Shown one piece after another: positions 26,836 to 40,410 of a stretch of 64,000 nucleotides of DNA (position 1 is the stretch's first letter; each line of letters begins with the position of its first letter). Below the pieces are notes generated by a model. It saw only the letters and a list, made by a program, of their open reading frames with translations. It did not search any database and was not told the DNA's origin. A program made the translations under genes and the position numbers. The stretch is from Phoronis australis (taxonomy: Eukaryota > Animalia > Phoronida), in assembly GCA_002633005.1 (NCBI GenBank), contig NMRA01000039.1:1096335-1160334 (forward strand). The letters run 5' to 3'.

Positions 26836-27250
26836 AGTCCCAAATAGGGACTCAACTTAGTTCCCTAAATCTACTGTGTGTTTGTGGATTTGTGAAAACA
26901 CCGATTGTCCTTTCTTCTGCTGTTTTAGTTTCATTACTAAGACAACTTTTGACTTTGATACAAATCGAGAGTGAACTCAACATCGAATTTGCAACAATAT
27001 CAAAACTATTTACGGAACTCCATCATGCAAAGCTCCTTACTCAAGGACTAAGTCCCTATTTATTTTCATAGAATTCATAGCTCAGTTTTTAGTTATTTGA
27101 TTAGAAATTGTCGTAAGTCGATGAGGAGTTCATAATAAAGATAAAATGATAGAAAAAGATTACATTTGTGAGTAAACTAAGACACAGATAGGCAAAAGAT
27201 TTAGGGACCTCACTTGAGTTCCTATTTGGGACTGTTTCATGCAGCACAGC
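26814..27250. mobile_element. MITE, inverted copy of 54906-55341
   Basis: TIRs tgcatgaaacagtcccaaatagg / cctatttgggactgtttcatgca. Internal sequence is colinear with the reverse complement of 54906-55341. Confidence 0.85.
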
Positions 27251-27458
27251 ATAGGCTTCATAAGCTTGCTTGTCACAGTGCGTCATTTTAAACTTCAAAC
27301 AAGCATGGTCTCATGCAATAACAAGCTGTCAATTCTATTCAAGCCCTGAAACCACTTGTCAACCTAATTAAGAGCAAGTTGAGATGAGCTTTAGAGCTGT
27401 AACTGGTCTAAATCATAAGTTAGTTCCTGACAGAGTGCACATTGATAGCCGCTTCAAC

Positions 27459-28195
27459 NNNNNNNNNNNNNNNNNNNNNNNNNNNNNNNNNNNNNNNNNN
27501 NNNNNNNNNNNNNNNNNNNNNNNNNNNNNNNNNNNNNNNNNNNNNNNNNNNNNNNNNNNNNNNNNNNNNNNNNNNNNNNNNNNNNNNNNNNNNNNNNNNN
27601 NNNNNNNNNNNNNNNNNNNNNNNNNNNNNNNNNNNNNNNNNNNNNNNNNNNNNNNNNNNNNNNNNNNNNNNNNNNNNNNNNNNNNNNNNNNNNNNNNNNN
27701 NNNNNNNNNNNNNNNNNNNNNNNNNNNNNNNNNNNNNNNNNNNNNNNNNNNNNNNNNNNNNNNNNNNNNNNNNNNNNNNNNNNNNNNNNNNNNNNNNNNN
27801 NNNNNNNNNNNNNNNNNNNNNNNNNNNNNNNNNNNNNNNNNNNNNNNNNNNNNNNNNNNNNNNNNNNNNNNNNNNNNNNNNNNNNNNNNNNNNNNNNNNN
27901 NNNNNNNNNNNNNNNNNNNNNNNNNNNNNNNNNNNNNNNNNNNNNNNNNNNNNNNNNNNNNNNNNNNNNNNNNNNNNNNNNNNNNNNNNNNNNNNNNNNN
28001 NNNNNNNNNNNNNNNNNNNNNNNNNNNNNNNNNNNNNNNNNNNNNNNNNNNNNNNNNNNNNNNNNNNNNNNNNNNNNNNNNNNNNNNNNNNNNNNNNNNN
28101 NNNNNNNNNNNNNNNNNNNNNNNNNNNNNNNNNNNNNNNNNNNNNNNNNNNNNNNNNNNNNNNNNNNNNNNNNNNNNNNNNNNNNNNNNNNNNNN
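27459..28195. other. Assembly gap (737 N)
   Basis: Run of N. Confidence 0.99.
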
Positions 28196-28600
28196 AGAGT
28201 GTCTAGCCTGTTCAACACAACACCATCTAGAGAGTGTCTAGCCTGTTCAACACAACATCATCTAGAGAGTGTCTAGCCTGTTCAACACAACACCATCTAG
28301 AGAGTGTCTAGCCTGTTCAACACAACATCATCTAGAGAGTGTCTAGCCTGTTCAACACAACATCATCTAGAGAGTGTCTAGCCTGTTCAACACAACACCA
28401 TCTAGAGAGTGTCTAGCCTGTTCAACACAACATCATCTAAAGAGTGTCTAGCCTGTTCAACGCAACACCATCTAGAGAGTGTCTAGCCTTCCAACGCAAC
28501 ACTATTTAGACAGTGTCTCACCTATTCAACAGAACACTATCTAGATGATGTCTAGCCTGTCCAACTGAATACCCTTTAGAGTGTCTAGCTTATCCAACAC
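28196..28600. repeat. 35-bp tandem repeat; 8 near-perfect units plus a degenerate tail, truncated by the gap
   Basis: Unit agagtgtctagcctgttcaacacaaca(c/t)catctag. Confidence 0.95.
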
Positions 28601-30220
28601 CAGCTGGATGGTGTTTTAGAACATTGGTTTGGCTTGCTTTATTCCCCAGTCCTAACTTGAGCATGTGACAGGGAGTGAATGTATAGTGACAGAGTTGGTG
28701 ACCCCAGGGAAAACAGTGTTCTCAGTACTGATGAGGTCATATAAAATATTTAAAAACAGAAGACAGTATTTGTGTAGTGAGAAAAAATCTGCTTGCTTTG
28801 TTGCACTAGTTCTGAATTGCGATGCATGATCATTCAAACTTGATGCAAGCTAACCAAACTCATCGAGCCAAATCCGGCCGTGGAGAACACTGAAGCTGTG
28901 ACTCGGGTTAGGGAAGTGGGTTTTCAACCGAAACGTCGTGAGGTCAAACAGGCTACTAATGTCACGTGGTGTCTTCAGAAATGCACTACATTCCCCCACT
29001 GACTTGTCTAGACATGAGAAGCAGCATTGGGCGAGGAGTTACTAATTAACAATAGTAACTCATGTATTTCCAGTTCTTCTGAACCCAGGAAATGGCATAT
29101 AACTTGGTGAGGTAAACGCAAACACCACAGACCACTGTCAAGTGGTCTAATACAAAAAGCAGTGTATTTTGACAAACAAAAATCGACGGCATGAATAATT
29201 AACAGAAGAAAATTAATTTTAGAAAAAACGAGAGCTGTGATTGATCAAGATGAAAGTGGTACTGTCATTCCCAGCTAACACTAATTAAATACTCAGAGGC
29301 ATACAGTAAAACGTCTTCAGTTTGGGACACAATTTGGCAGACAGGTGAAATTTCATCTTGTAAAATTTCTCAACACAAATAATCTATCCGGAAAATTTGT
29401 ACGGCGTAGATCCCATACTCTTCCGGGTTACCGCCCAGGGCACTTAAATTGGGAATCTAAAAAACAGGGGGTGGGCGGTAAGCTGAGCATGGGCGGTCAA
29501 AATCGAAATTTTTGAAGTCGGGAGTGGGTACTTACTGCACAAAGGACCGATTTTACGCTCACGAAGCTACACTGACGTCAGACTTCAAGCATGTCAGTTA
29601 AAATATACATGTATATCTGCGGATTGCAGTAACGGACTTCGACGGGCCGAAGTGGAATAGCGCACACGATATAAAGGCGTAGTAATCCCGAGCGTGCTTG
29701 GGTTTTTACGTACCTCGTTTGCTACTCGTCATGTCTTGGAACTGGGGTATTCTTACAGATAGACGTGCTTTCAATAGGGCAAGATTCTTGAGAGAAAAGC
29801 AAGATCACGCAAGACTATGCTAGATGGTCATGTATTGCTACAGGAAGTAGGTGATTTTGTAAAGATATGCTGGGGCTAGTTACTTTGGCAACCAAACGTG
29901 CTAATGATTGACAGCTGGGCTTTCTTCTAAATACTTTGAACCTAGTCTGAACAATGTAACATTTTTTATACATTGTATATTTCTTTCTGAGTTTAACAGC
30001 CAATATCACCTTCCAGAATTCATTCAAAGCATGTGCTCAACAATTAGATGATACTACTATTAGGCAATAGGGGTGGTCAGTCGGCTGCGAAAATAATGAA
30101 GCAGAAACACATCATGTAAAAAGTCAACAGGCAAATCACGAGTTCAAAAAATAAGTTTCTGACCGGCACGTAGATGTGGATAGAATGTTCGACTTGCGCT
30201 TAATTACAAGATGATTTCTT

Positions 30221-31213
30221 CATAGGCGGATTTAGGGAGGGGGGCAGGGGGCCCGGGCCCCCCCTGGCTGCCGCAAAAAAAATAAAACAGTAAGAGCATA
30301 GGGAAATGTTGAGTTTATTAATTAACCCCGGTAATTAAAATTATACAGATGAAAAAAGATTTAAATGTGTGCAGTTTTAGTGTTGGGGGGGGCTCAAATC
30401 CAATTTCAAGTGTCAAATTCGGAACACGGCGCATTCGTAACGGAACTATGGCTAAGTAAAGGCTCTCCCGCGATATCTCAGGCGACTGGCAGTGGCGCTG
30501 CGCACTACGACTCCGTTTCCGTCGTCTGCTCCACTGTGAATTTTTTAAAGAAAATGGGACCTGATTGACGATGAAAAAACAGAAGCTGCTGGTAAGATGT
30601 GAATTTTAATCAAAGCCTTAGTGAATTACTCAGAAACTGGCAATACTCTCTTTGTCAAACCTTATCTTAAGACGATTTCCAAAGCAATCCCATCATTATT
30701 GCCAACACGAAAAACGGATTTGGTCTTTTGGGCATTTGAAGACTATTTTAAATACGAAAAATTTGTTGAGAATTGAAGGCACAACATATAAAACGTGTTA
30801 TAAGCATTACAAAAAGAAGTAGGTTTCGCGCGCAAACGCTGTGGACCATAAACAAGTAGGTCTCTTAGTTAGAGTTTAGTAGTTAAGTTGTGGTGGTGTA
30901 GTGGTAACGCACGCTCGCTCTCTCCGTCAGGTCATGAGTTCGAGTCTTTGGTACTTGAAGTTTTTCCTGTTTGACACGTTCTCCGTGTTTCTTTTTTGCT
31001 TTTTTTCTTGGATAATACTTCAGGAATCAAGGAAAATGCTTGATTTTTAGAGGTAAAAACAGAAAAATTTCCTGGGCGGAAGGGGGCAAACCCCTCTCCC
31101 GACCTCCCCCCATTCGGTGCTATGCGCATCTGCAATCGTGGTTCAGTTTGCGCAAATGCTTACAGCCGGACAAAATGTTGGGCCCCCCTTGTGATATCCT
31201 AGATCCACCACTG
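30221..31213. mobile_element. hAT-like non-autonomous element with a 5-bp TSD
   Basis: Termini cataggcggatttagg / cctagatccaccactg, flanked by ttctt on both sides (30216-20 and 31214-18). Confidence 0.7.
30890..30955 (+). other. tRNA-derived Pol III promoter-like relic (A and B boxes), SINE-head-like
   Basis: A-box-like tggtgtagtgg at 30894 and B-box-like gagttcgagtc at 30936. No intact cloverleaf. Confidence 0.45.
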
Positions 31214-33597
31214 TTCTTGCACTGTTGTTTTTGGTAGAAAGCTTCCATTTTGGTGTCAGGAGCGAGTCATTAAAAACATGTGTTTAATGAAGACACAGAA
31301 CAATGGCCCTTATCTGCTTGTATTCAAAACAATGCGTCCAAAATAATGTCGCTGGAGTTTCCAAAATCATTGGTCATGTACCAGCCGAGTGTGCTCGTGT
31401 TTTTTATTTTATTGCTCAGGGTGGTAGAGCGGCAGATCTACGTTTTCAGTAAGGGGTGGGTTTAGGATTCGAGTGCTGAGCGGAAGGAAGGTCAGGAGGG
31501 GGTTTCCTCCTCCTGTGTAACATTTTTTGTGGTTTTAGTAGCTTATTTCATTTTTCTGGCAAAATTTATTAAAATTTTTATTTTTAATCCTGTCCCGAGG
31601 AGGGGGGGGTTTGAACCCCTTGAACCCCCCCTGTAAGATCCGCCTCTGTGGTGATGTTTTGTGTACTGTCACAGGGAATCCAGAAAGGTAGGCCACGGAT
31701 TTGAAATTCTTGTAAAGTACCGCTTTGTTGGTTCTTCCACGGCAATAAAATACATTCAACAAGTGCTGTTTCACTGATCAGTACATGCTGACACGAGTTC
31801 CGCGCGTGAGCCAAAGGAAAAATTGTGTCTCCTTCAGTAAAGACCATGAGAATATGGGTATTTTACCACCATAGTAAGGTAAGTTCCCTGTTCCGCTAAA
31901 ACTGATTGATTGTCATTGAAAGGTAAGCAAGTTGCGCACGTTTTGGAATCTTAGTTTTGCAAGACAAACGTTCACAAAAGCACCCACACTTTTAAGGAGG
32001 TCTCGATCATACAATAGTGGGGGTGGGTGGTAAGCCGAGCATGGGCGCTTAAAAATGAAAAATTGAAAATTTCAGGGGTGGGCGGTAAGCCGAGCATGGG
32101 CGGTAAGCCGGACGAGTATGGTATAACCAAACAATGTTTGGTGAAAGTTTGAGCATTTGCAACAATGTAGTAAGCCTCTAAAAATAGAAATATAGCCAGG
32201 TTTATGAGGTGGGCAAATCTTCTTGGAAATTTCGTCAAAATCCCGAGGCTTGGCGATTTGTTGTCTCACATGAACCATAAAAACGATCTTTTTTTGCGGA
32301 AAAACTCGACATGTCTAAAATTTTCAACATGACACAACTTTGGTAAAAACACGCTTGTGCAGTGTGAAGTAAACTCACTTACTTTTTGTTAATAGTTTTA
32401 TTATAAACTTAACAATTGCAAATTACATTCAGCTTTCATAACAAATATTTAGAATATAATAAACAGTTGTGATATTAAAACTTAAGTAATGTTTATAAAT
32501 AACAATCAGCAAGGTTTCCCCGCTCGTGAACACTGAATTGACCTAGAGACAGCACAGCTAGACAGTCTCACCACGTTTCTTGAGTTGGGGTTCATCTTGG
32601 TTTGAATGAAAGTCGGAATTTACCGCCGAAGATGGGTCCTTTTAAGAGCTTGTTTGCATGTCCTTCCAACTGGAATACGTACACATGCGACACCTGATTT
32701 GTCAATCATAACCATGTCACCTTCACGGAATTCCAGCATTGTTTGGTTGGCACGTGTTTGGTTATTGGTATTAGTGTTTAGCAGATGATAAAATGTACGG
32801 CATATGGATTTCTACTTTGCACTACATTGTGATTCGTCCATGTAATAAAAAAAAATTACGTACTCAGTGTTATTAACCAGTCGTGTCGGAACACATTCCA
32901 GGTCATGTGAGAAAATTATTTTTGTCCCAAATTAAAGAGTTGTTATCTTAGTCATATGGTACAGATTAGACAGTTATGTAAATGATGGTGCACACGATCT
33001 CGAATATTTCTCATAAGTTTAAAATCCTAAATCAGCATGTTTTAGAAGTGAATCAAAATATAAGAGTATAAAGATAACGAATACCAAGAATGATGGGCTA
33101 CCAGAAACATAGTCTTGTGGGTTACAGGTCTTTATAAAAAACAATTACCATAGCCAAAGACAATCCTAGTTGGTTCCCTATCTAAGCACAAGAAACCGCA
33201 ACTGGATTCTGTAAAATTTTTGTGCCGAGAGTGTGAGTAAGCTTAATCTCATTGTGCGACACCCACAAACCTAGGCGTGAGATAACTCTAGGTAAAATTT
33301 TGAGTTTTTCTTCAGAATAATAACAAGGCGTTATTACATGTCATCAGTGAGAGATGTGGAATTATGACATTTTGGACTTAGTCAATTCAAATGAAAAAAT
33401 TAAACTTAATAACAACTAGGCGTATTTATGTGGTGCTGTTAATTACTAAGCACTTCGAAAGTTATTAACGCGTTACTGACTTGATAAATCTTATTCCTTC
33501 TCAATGCCCCGAAAGCATACAAAGGGTGCAACCATTGTCGGTCCACAGTGATAAACCTTAATGCACAATATTCATAAAAGTTACAAGTGCTAACATA

Positions 33598-34110
33598 CAG
33601 GGCTTGGAATGACCAATGACAAAAAACGCGGAAACTTTTACGGCCCAAATCATGCCCGCTAACCAGCCTTGAAATGGTCAATGTGAACCTTTCCTCGACA
33701 AAAATCGGGAGGACTAAAAAAAAATTTAAAAAAAAAAACGTTACCACCATCAGTAGCATGCGTCTGCGTCCTTTTAGCTCGCCCGTCCACTCCCAACCCC
33801 ACACATTTTTGGCTGCAGAGCGGTAGTATTTGTCGCCGCGCTTAACAATAACACGAGACGCCATTGAAAATCCCACCACGCTGTCCCAGGTGCCCCGGCA
33901 ATGTTGACAATTTACGTTCCTCCAAAACATAAAGAGCAACTTCCGCTTTTCGAGGTGAACGTCGTCTGCAACGCCGCGGTAAGAAAGGAATTTGCCGCGG
34001 AAATTTTATATCAAATCCGATTTTTTTTACGCGGAAATATTATAAAAAAAGCGGACAGCACATTTGAAAAAAGCGGAAATCCGCGTTTCCGCGGAAAATT
34101 CCAAGCCCTG
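33598..34110. mobile_element. MITE with 13-bp TIR (cagggcttggaat) and 6-bp TSD aacata
   Basis: Perfect TIRs and TSD. Highly similar inverted copy at 52250-52760. Confidence 0.92.
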
Positions 34111-36349
34111 AACATATCACCATAGCTATCTAAATGAAAAGAATTCAAGACCTGCGAAATTTTTTAAATAATGTAATACGACCGAATTTGTATTCCTATT
34201 TGTGGGTCCAAATACCATCATAGACATATCATCACTAAACACCCGTAGCCAATTGGAAGAGTCTTAAGACAGCCAAGTACCCATTGAGCAAACTGGATCT
34301 ATGAGGTGACATTTAACTAACCATAGGAACTTGACAAAGACCAACATAGGTGCATAAGTCATTAATGGTTTTGAAATGAGATTGTTTACTTTGTACCTGT
34401 AACTGTATTTGTGTGAATAGATCTTTAGTGTTCTCATCACCACATGTATTCAAACACTACGCTCTGTCATGTTTGAAAAGTTCAAAGCCATGTTTGAAAT
34501 CTTGATCTATGTTTGAGCAGCCTACGCTTCTCTTCTACACGACAAATGAAAATATCACAGAGTGGCATTTGTTTCATTTTTGCTATAAAAATAATGGTGA
34601 TGCGTCAGCAAATGAAAATGAAAATAATACGTAACTTAGTTACTATACTGTTGTTTCTGTTACTTAACAGAAAGGAACACTCAGCCATGATAACATGACC
34701 TACAATTTGAATCCGGTTTGGATTTTTGCTCAGGGAGAACTCAGAATCAATACCTCTGATTTTAGTTTTATTTCCTAAAATAACCATTACTCAGATTTCA
34801 AGGATCTTAACTGCACGAATTAAGAATTTGAGGGTCAGTAAAGGCCTTTATTGGTCAATTCCACTCCTTGGTTGATACCCCTCATTCGCAACGCCTCGAG
34901 TAAGTAAAAACTAATGTTTTATCGAAGAGACTATAAGTTTTAAAAAAATTTTTTAATCATTGGAGAGGATTTTTTGGGCCTGACGAGGGAAATTTTGAGT
35001 GATTTTTAATTAATTATCATAGGGAATGGTGGGGCCAATATTCGACCCCAAAATCAATGCGCTGAGATCACTTCATTGCTTAGTCCACGGCACAGTCAAG
35101 TAAGGGTAGAGAAGATGAACAAATCAAAAATTTTTATACTACGAGAAATACTGATAACCATGGTTGCGGATGGATCTCTCGGTGATATCGTTTCGTTTGA
35201 GGCTTTGCAACTGAGATAGGCCGATTGCTATTACCCTACTGAAGCCACTGAAGTATGAACCACGCTCTGGTGTTAAAACATCAACTTTCGTCACAGATGT
35301 ATTTGTTCTTCCAAAGCCACAGAATTGTGTTCATATTCTTTGTTCATATTCTTTGTTCATATTCTTTTTTCATCCACTGGCACCGACTGAACAATGGCAA
35401 AGAGATCGTTAATTCAATGATTGCCTGATTAATTCTCTAAATCTAATATCCAATAAGCCAACCAGTACCATACACTATTTGCGTTGAAAGTTTGTTGCAA
35501 TGCGAAAATCTTGCTGACTAGTTCTCACCTCAACTCTTTGGCTGAAATCAAGAGGACACAGTTGCTGATGGTGAGGGTTTCACTTCGACAACACGTAGCC
35601 CCTTGGCTGGGTGGTGAGCAGCTACATATAAACACTTCTGATTGGTCTCTGTACTAATCTCATTCCCATGTATTTTAAATGGGCAGTAGCCCAGATCCGT
35701 TCACCAAATAAAAGGTATTCACCTCGTAAAACATACATTCTACACTTAACATTGTCACTTAAAAATAAAGCACTTAATTTCTTTAGCGATCATGTCTGGT
35801 TCAATACCTATCTCTGATGAAGCATGATTACATGAATTAAGATGACTTTGGCAATGAATTCCAATTTCACTTTTTTGGTCGTCGTTAAGTTTTTTTACTG
35901 TGTGCAATAACCACAAAGTATTTCAACAGGCGTCACCCAAATCAGGCTATAACCAGAGACTGAGCAGAGCGTGTGAATTGTTGGTTGACACTTGACTTGA
36001 AAAAAGTAGCATGGGAAGATAACTTGTAAGATTTGTGTCCTTTGGATTTTTTGTTCGAGAACTGGCATGATTTTGCATAACTTCCTCAAAATGGCATCCG
36101 GCAAAGGTAGCTTGAGTGAACCTCGACAGATTTTCATAGATATGCTCAAATTATATTATAGGGGTATGCTATTGTTTGCGCGTTCATAGGCCATGTAATC
36201 AGGAAATTGCCTCATACGCCTGCCTCCCGTTCAGTAACGGTAGGACCTTACTAAAAAGCCAGAATTCACGAGATTACTCAAGATATTGACGTGTATTTTA
36301 AATGAGAACATGTGACTTTGGCTAGATATTAGCTAAGACCTAGTCCTAG

Positions 36350-36950
36350 ACAGTGATCACCGTTTCCAGCTGGCCCTAGTAGAGACCATGGGATATGACG
36401 TCATACCACCTGCCACGTGTAGTGTTAGAAATGGGGAGTTACCAAGTTTGGGAACTGAACAAGAGACTGCTTAAAGATTTAATAACGACTGTCGTTAATA
36501 ATTGACGAAATCGACCAATGACGTTGACTGATGAAAAAGGAACAGCGTGTGTTGTAGCAAATCGCCGATAGATGTCGCTAGATACAGTAAGTTCCCTGAA
36601 ATGGCTGCCGATTTCATGATGTGCGTGGCTAAAGTGGACCGAGTTCGGAACAGCGTAGTTATAGACTAGAGTGATTGAGGGTCGTGAAAAGCATTTGTAC
36701 GGATAGCCAGATGTCTGAGGAATGCAACGATACCAAAATCATTCATTTAGACCTACATTTAGTGGATTTATTTGGAATAAGTTAGGGTCCATTATTTCCG
36801 ACTAGTGCCGCCTCCTGTCCCTAGACAATGCGCAAAAGATATTTATAACAGTCAGTGTGAGGCATAATTCACCGAAAAGATTCCAGCCTATGAAGCGAGC
36901 AAAGGAGCTCCACCATCTCTACAGGGCCAGCTAGAGATGGTGATCACTGT
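36350..36950. mobile_element. MITE with about 35-bp imperfect TIRs flanked by CTAG
   Basis: ctag|acagtgatcaccgtttccagctggccct ... agggccagctagagatggtgatcactgt|ctag. Confidence 0.8.
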
Positions 36951-39900
36951 CTAGCTAGGACCTAGCGTTGGGCCTAGCATGGCCATGGGTAAAGCCATGG
37001 CCATGGGTTAGCCAATGTTTACCTTGGTTGCAATCCTAATGCTACCAAATGCAGAGAATTTGGGATTCTAAAAAATACCAATCAATTTCAAGTTATTGTC
37101 AAAAAGTACTTACTACAATTGTAATTGTAAAATACGAGTCATCTCGACTTCACTTTCGTTTCAAAACTGTGCACAGCGTATAAATTTTTCACCGTGGCCG
37201 CCATGTTTGTTACCATACACGACGTCTCGCGGTGCAGTGCGAGACTTGTTCTGGTTGAGAGAAAACAGACTCTACTGTGACTTCTTATACAGCGAAAGAA
37301 ATTCATCATATTTTGAATAAAAATTCAATGCAAATCTCAATCACGTTTTCACTGAACCTTTGTCAGTATGTTTTCTTTTCATTTTTTATTTTAATAGGGA
37401 TATGACTAAACTTTACATGGATTTTTTCAGATTGGACCCAGTGGAGAGAGAAATTTGAGATGAAATTTATAATAAATTTTCAAAAAATTCAAATGATGAT
37501 AGATGTAATAACTCACCAAATAAATTGAAAACCTGTGAGGAAAACCAAACATTGAAAGCATGACAACAATATATTTAGTGTAGTAGAACTTAGAAGAAGG
37601 CTTAAAAGATTTCCTATGACGAATTTGCCCTGCATGGTATAGCTAAGGTGCATTGAGCGGCTCTGCCTCTACACTGAATTTTTGCCACTACAGGGCTACA
37701 GACAGCCTTTTTCAAAATTCAAAATGCCATCAGTTTAAAATGTTTGTCCTCAGACTGAGATTTCGATTGGAATTAACTACAAATCTATTGTTACTAAGAA
37801 CAAAGCTTTAGAAATTCAATAGTGTGTGCCTCAGCAAAAATCCGAGTATAGGTGTGCATGAAATATATTTATCACTGATGTCAGAACACGGTCGTATCAC
37901 AACAGAAACTGTGGTATCAAAGGTTTCTCCTTAATATCATAGAAATTGCAGGTAAATCTAATTGTACAATAACCCTTTTTTCAGAATTTAGTTGTTTTTA
38001 TTCAGAATGCATCTCTCTCGTTCTTGCTGTTGTATCGACCAATCTTGGAAAGCTTTACATTGGCAATGTCACTTCGGGAATAACCGGAGTATTCCGACAA
38101 AAACGTAAGGAAATTGGACATTGAAATTAAAATAAATAACTTAGCGTTTGCAAGTCATTAGAAGTGATATATTACTGTAGAGAATATTTTAAAGACACTC
38201 TCAATTAAACCAGATGGTATTAAAATAGAGGTATTTCAGAAAATAACATGATATCAGAGACAGTCTGAATGACTGCAAAATATTTTCCTTTCGAATCTCA
38301 TGCCAGAAATAATCTTTCATCAAGAACTCAAGAATTCGGAGCGCAGTGGAGGGTCAAATTGTCGTCTGCAGCTCGTTAATTTGGAAACATACGGAACGCA
38401 TTGCTGTCTATGGTTAACCGTCAGTTTGTTAAGAATGTACAATGACATTGTGATTACTGGTGGATAGAGTTATTTTGCGCTTGAAATATCACGGATGTCG
38501 GCCCCGACTCGAAATTTCGATGTAAATAGTCAACCGGCCTCAAATGCTTCAGCGGTAGGTGTTGTTGGTCCATTTTAGTCCCCCATTTGTTATTGCTTAT
38601 CACATGGCATTGGTATGCTGTTATTAATCATCTAACCCACGTGAAACGTTAGCTCTGTTGTGGGTATTTTTGTTATTCTTATTTGTTCATTCATTCGGGT
38701 AAAATCAAAATGGCGGCATAATTATTATTTCGTTCTTTGGTTTATTTTCATTCGATACGCAGTCGCAGTTTGATTCTTGTTCACAAATTCATCTTTCCTT
38801 GTGTCCATGCGTTCTCACTAGTGGCATGTGCCCCGTTTGGAATGCCTTTATCTCAAACATTATCAAGTTTTATAGATTAAAGAAGGCTTGTTCAGTTGAT
38901 CAGCATCTTAGATTGCACAATGCAGTGTCTGATTTTCCCTTCACAGGAATTGTAGTATCTTGTGCTATTTTCCCTCTGTTATCTTATGTGAATTAGTGTG
39001 CGGACTTTTCATTGCTTCTTGGATGTTACTGAAAAACTAATTATTAAGTACTTATGTAAAGATTTTAGCCAGCTGGGAACATCAGTTTAGTTTTGCATGA
39101 CATGCCATGACCCAAGGAGATGTCAAAATTCTTCAAACCATGAATTTATGATTAAAACATTGAAGGTTGTCTTTGTGAAGACTTCTAGTTAGAGAAACAT
39201 GTTCTTAGTACCTGTTGAATGTGTGTGTTTTCAAATTTTAATGTAGTTTTGTGCACAACAGGGTGTAATGGTTAACAATGTTCTTGGTGATGTAGTCAAC
39301 CCTTCTCAGTATCATAGTAGAGTGTGCTAAAATTGTTCCGTGGTTGCCAAAAACTATTTATGGAAGTGAATTTTTCGTTTTGAGTATCTGCAATCCATAC
39401 CTGAATTCTTCAAGTTTAAAAATACTCATTCTGGCATTTTCAACTTGGATGAAAGATGTCGAGTCTGAAGGGCATGTAAATATGATGGTAGTCCTTGCAG
39501 TGCTTGCATCGATGTTGTCCGATATGTTCAACCCCTAAACTCAAATGTGACTAACTATGTATTGTTGCGTTCAGGCGAATAATACATTACGAACATATCA
39601 ACAGTGCAGACCTGACAACCTTGTACGAACTACAAGATGAAAACTATGTCGAGTTGTTGATGTCGTCTCGAAAATTGAACATAATACACACATTATTAAT
39701 GGAGGTTGGGTATGCTGAAAATGATTTGAATAGTAAAATTAGATATTGAAGTCGTAAATTTTTTACATAGCACTTCATTGGGTGTGGACTAGTTCTTAGT
39801 GGTCTTGGAGGCCTAACCAGCTGCAACTTCAAATTAAGATTATAGCGCTTTTGAGATGATTTCATAAGACATAGCAGCTTTGTATTCCACCTCTGGCAAA

Positions 39901-40410
39901 ATAAAATTGTGAAAAACTGGAAAGATAAGCCACCTTATTCCAGAACTTGACTTCTGACTAACTCAAAATCGTAACAAATCGAGGTGCAGATTTGAGATTC
40001 ATTCATGTCTCAGCATAATAGAAAGATTAGCCGTGCACCCAGGCTCGATGTGTTCTTATATTTTTTTCCAGACACACCTCCTTGAAGTCTTGCTTGTAAT
40101 TAGTGTCCACGTTCCTCGCAGGCCTGCAAATCGGGCCTGTGACCTGAATGGCTCAAATATGGCCAGTCAGTTTGTACAGGTGCAGCATAATGCTTTAAGT
40201 GCTAACTCATAATCACTGACGTGTGTGGAACATAATGAGAACCAAAGTGAGATTGGACATAATAAGGCAAAGATGAGGAGGGGGCTTTGGCTGGTCATCT
40301 GTTTGGTTGTCCCATTTCTTCCTGGCCAACTCTGTCTCCTGAGTTAGTAATTCGTGTGGTTATCTCGTATTGGTAGCCTGTTCTAATGCCCATCCATCAG
40401 TAGTAATCGA

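Larger units (their letters stand above)
29413..32121. mobile_element. Possible 2.7-kb non-autonomous TIR element (or two end fragments) with nested insertions
   Basis: Left end ccatactcttccgggttaccgccca matches the inverse of right end tgggcggtaagccggacgagtatgg|TA. Subterminal gggtgggcggtaagc motifs are shared with the 46443 family. Confidence 0.5.

Noticed and set aside
27384-28241. Longest ORFs in the track (254-285 aa)
   Set aside because: They are translations of the N gap.
458-28600. Tandem arrays (18, 53, 14, 27 and 35 bp) as CRISPR arrays or repeat proteins
   Set aside because: The units abut without unique spacers, there are no cas genes and the context is eukaryotic. The repetitive ORFs lack splice or homology support.
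30890-30955. Functional tRNA gene
   Set aside because: A and B boxes are present, but the acceptor and anticodon stems do not pair.
33439-33939. 166-aa ORF similar to the ORF at 52388
   Set aside because: The similarity comes from the shared non-coding MITE.
38006-38104. 99-nt exon-like segment with a good acceptor and donor
   Set aside because: No recognisable product, and no phase-compatible partner linking it to either gene.
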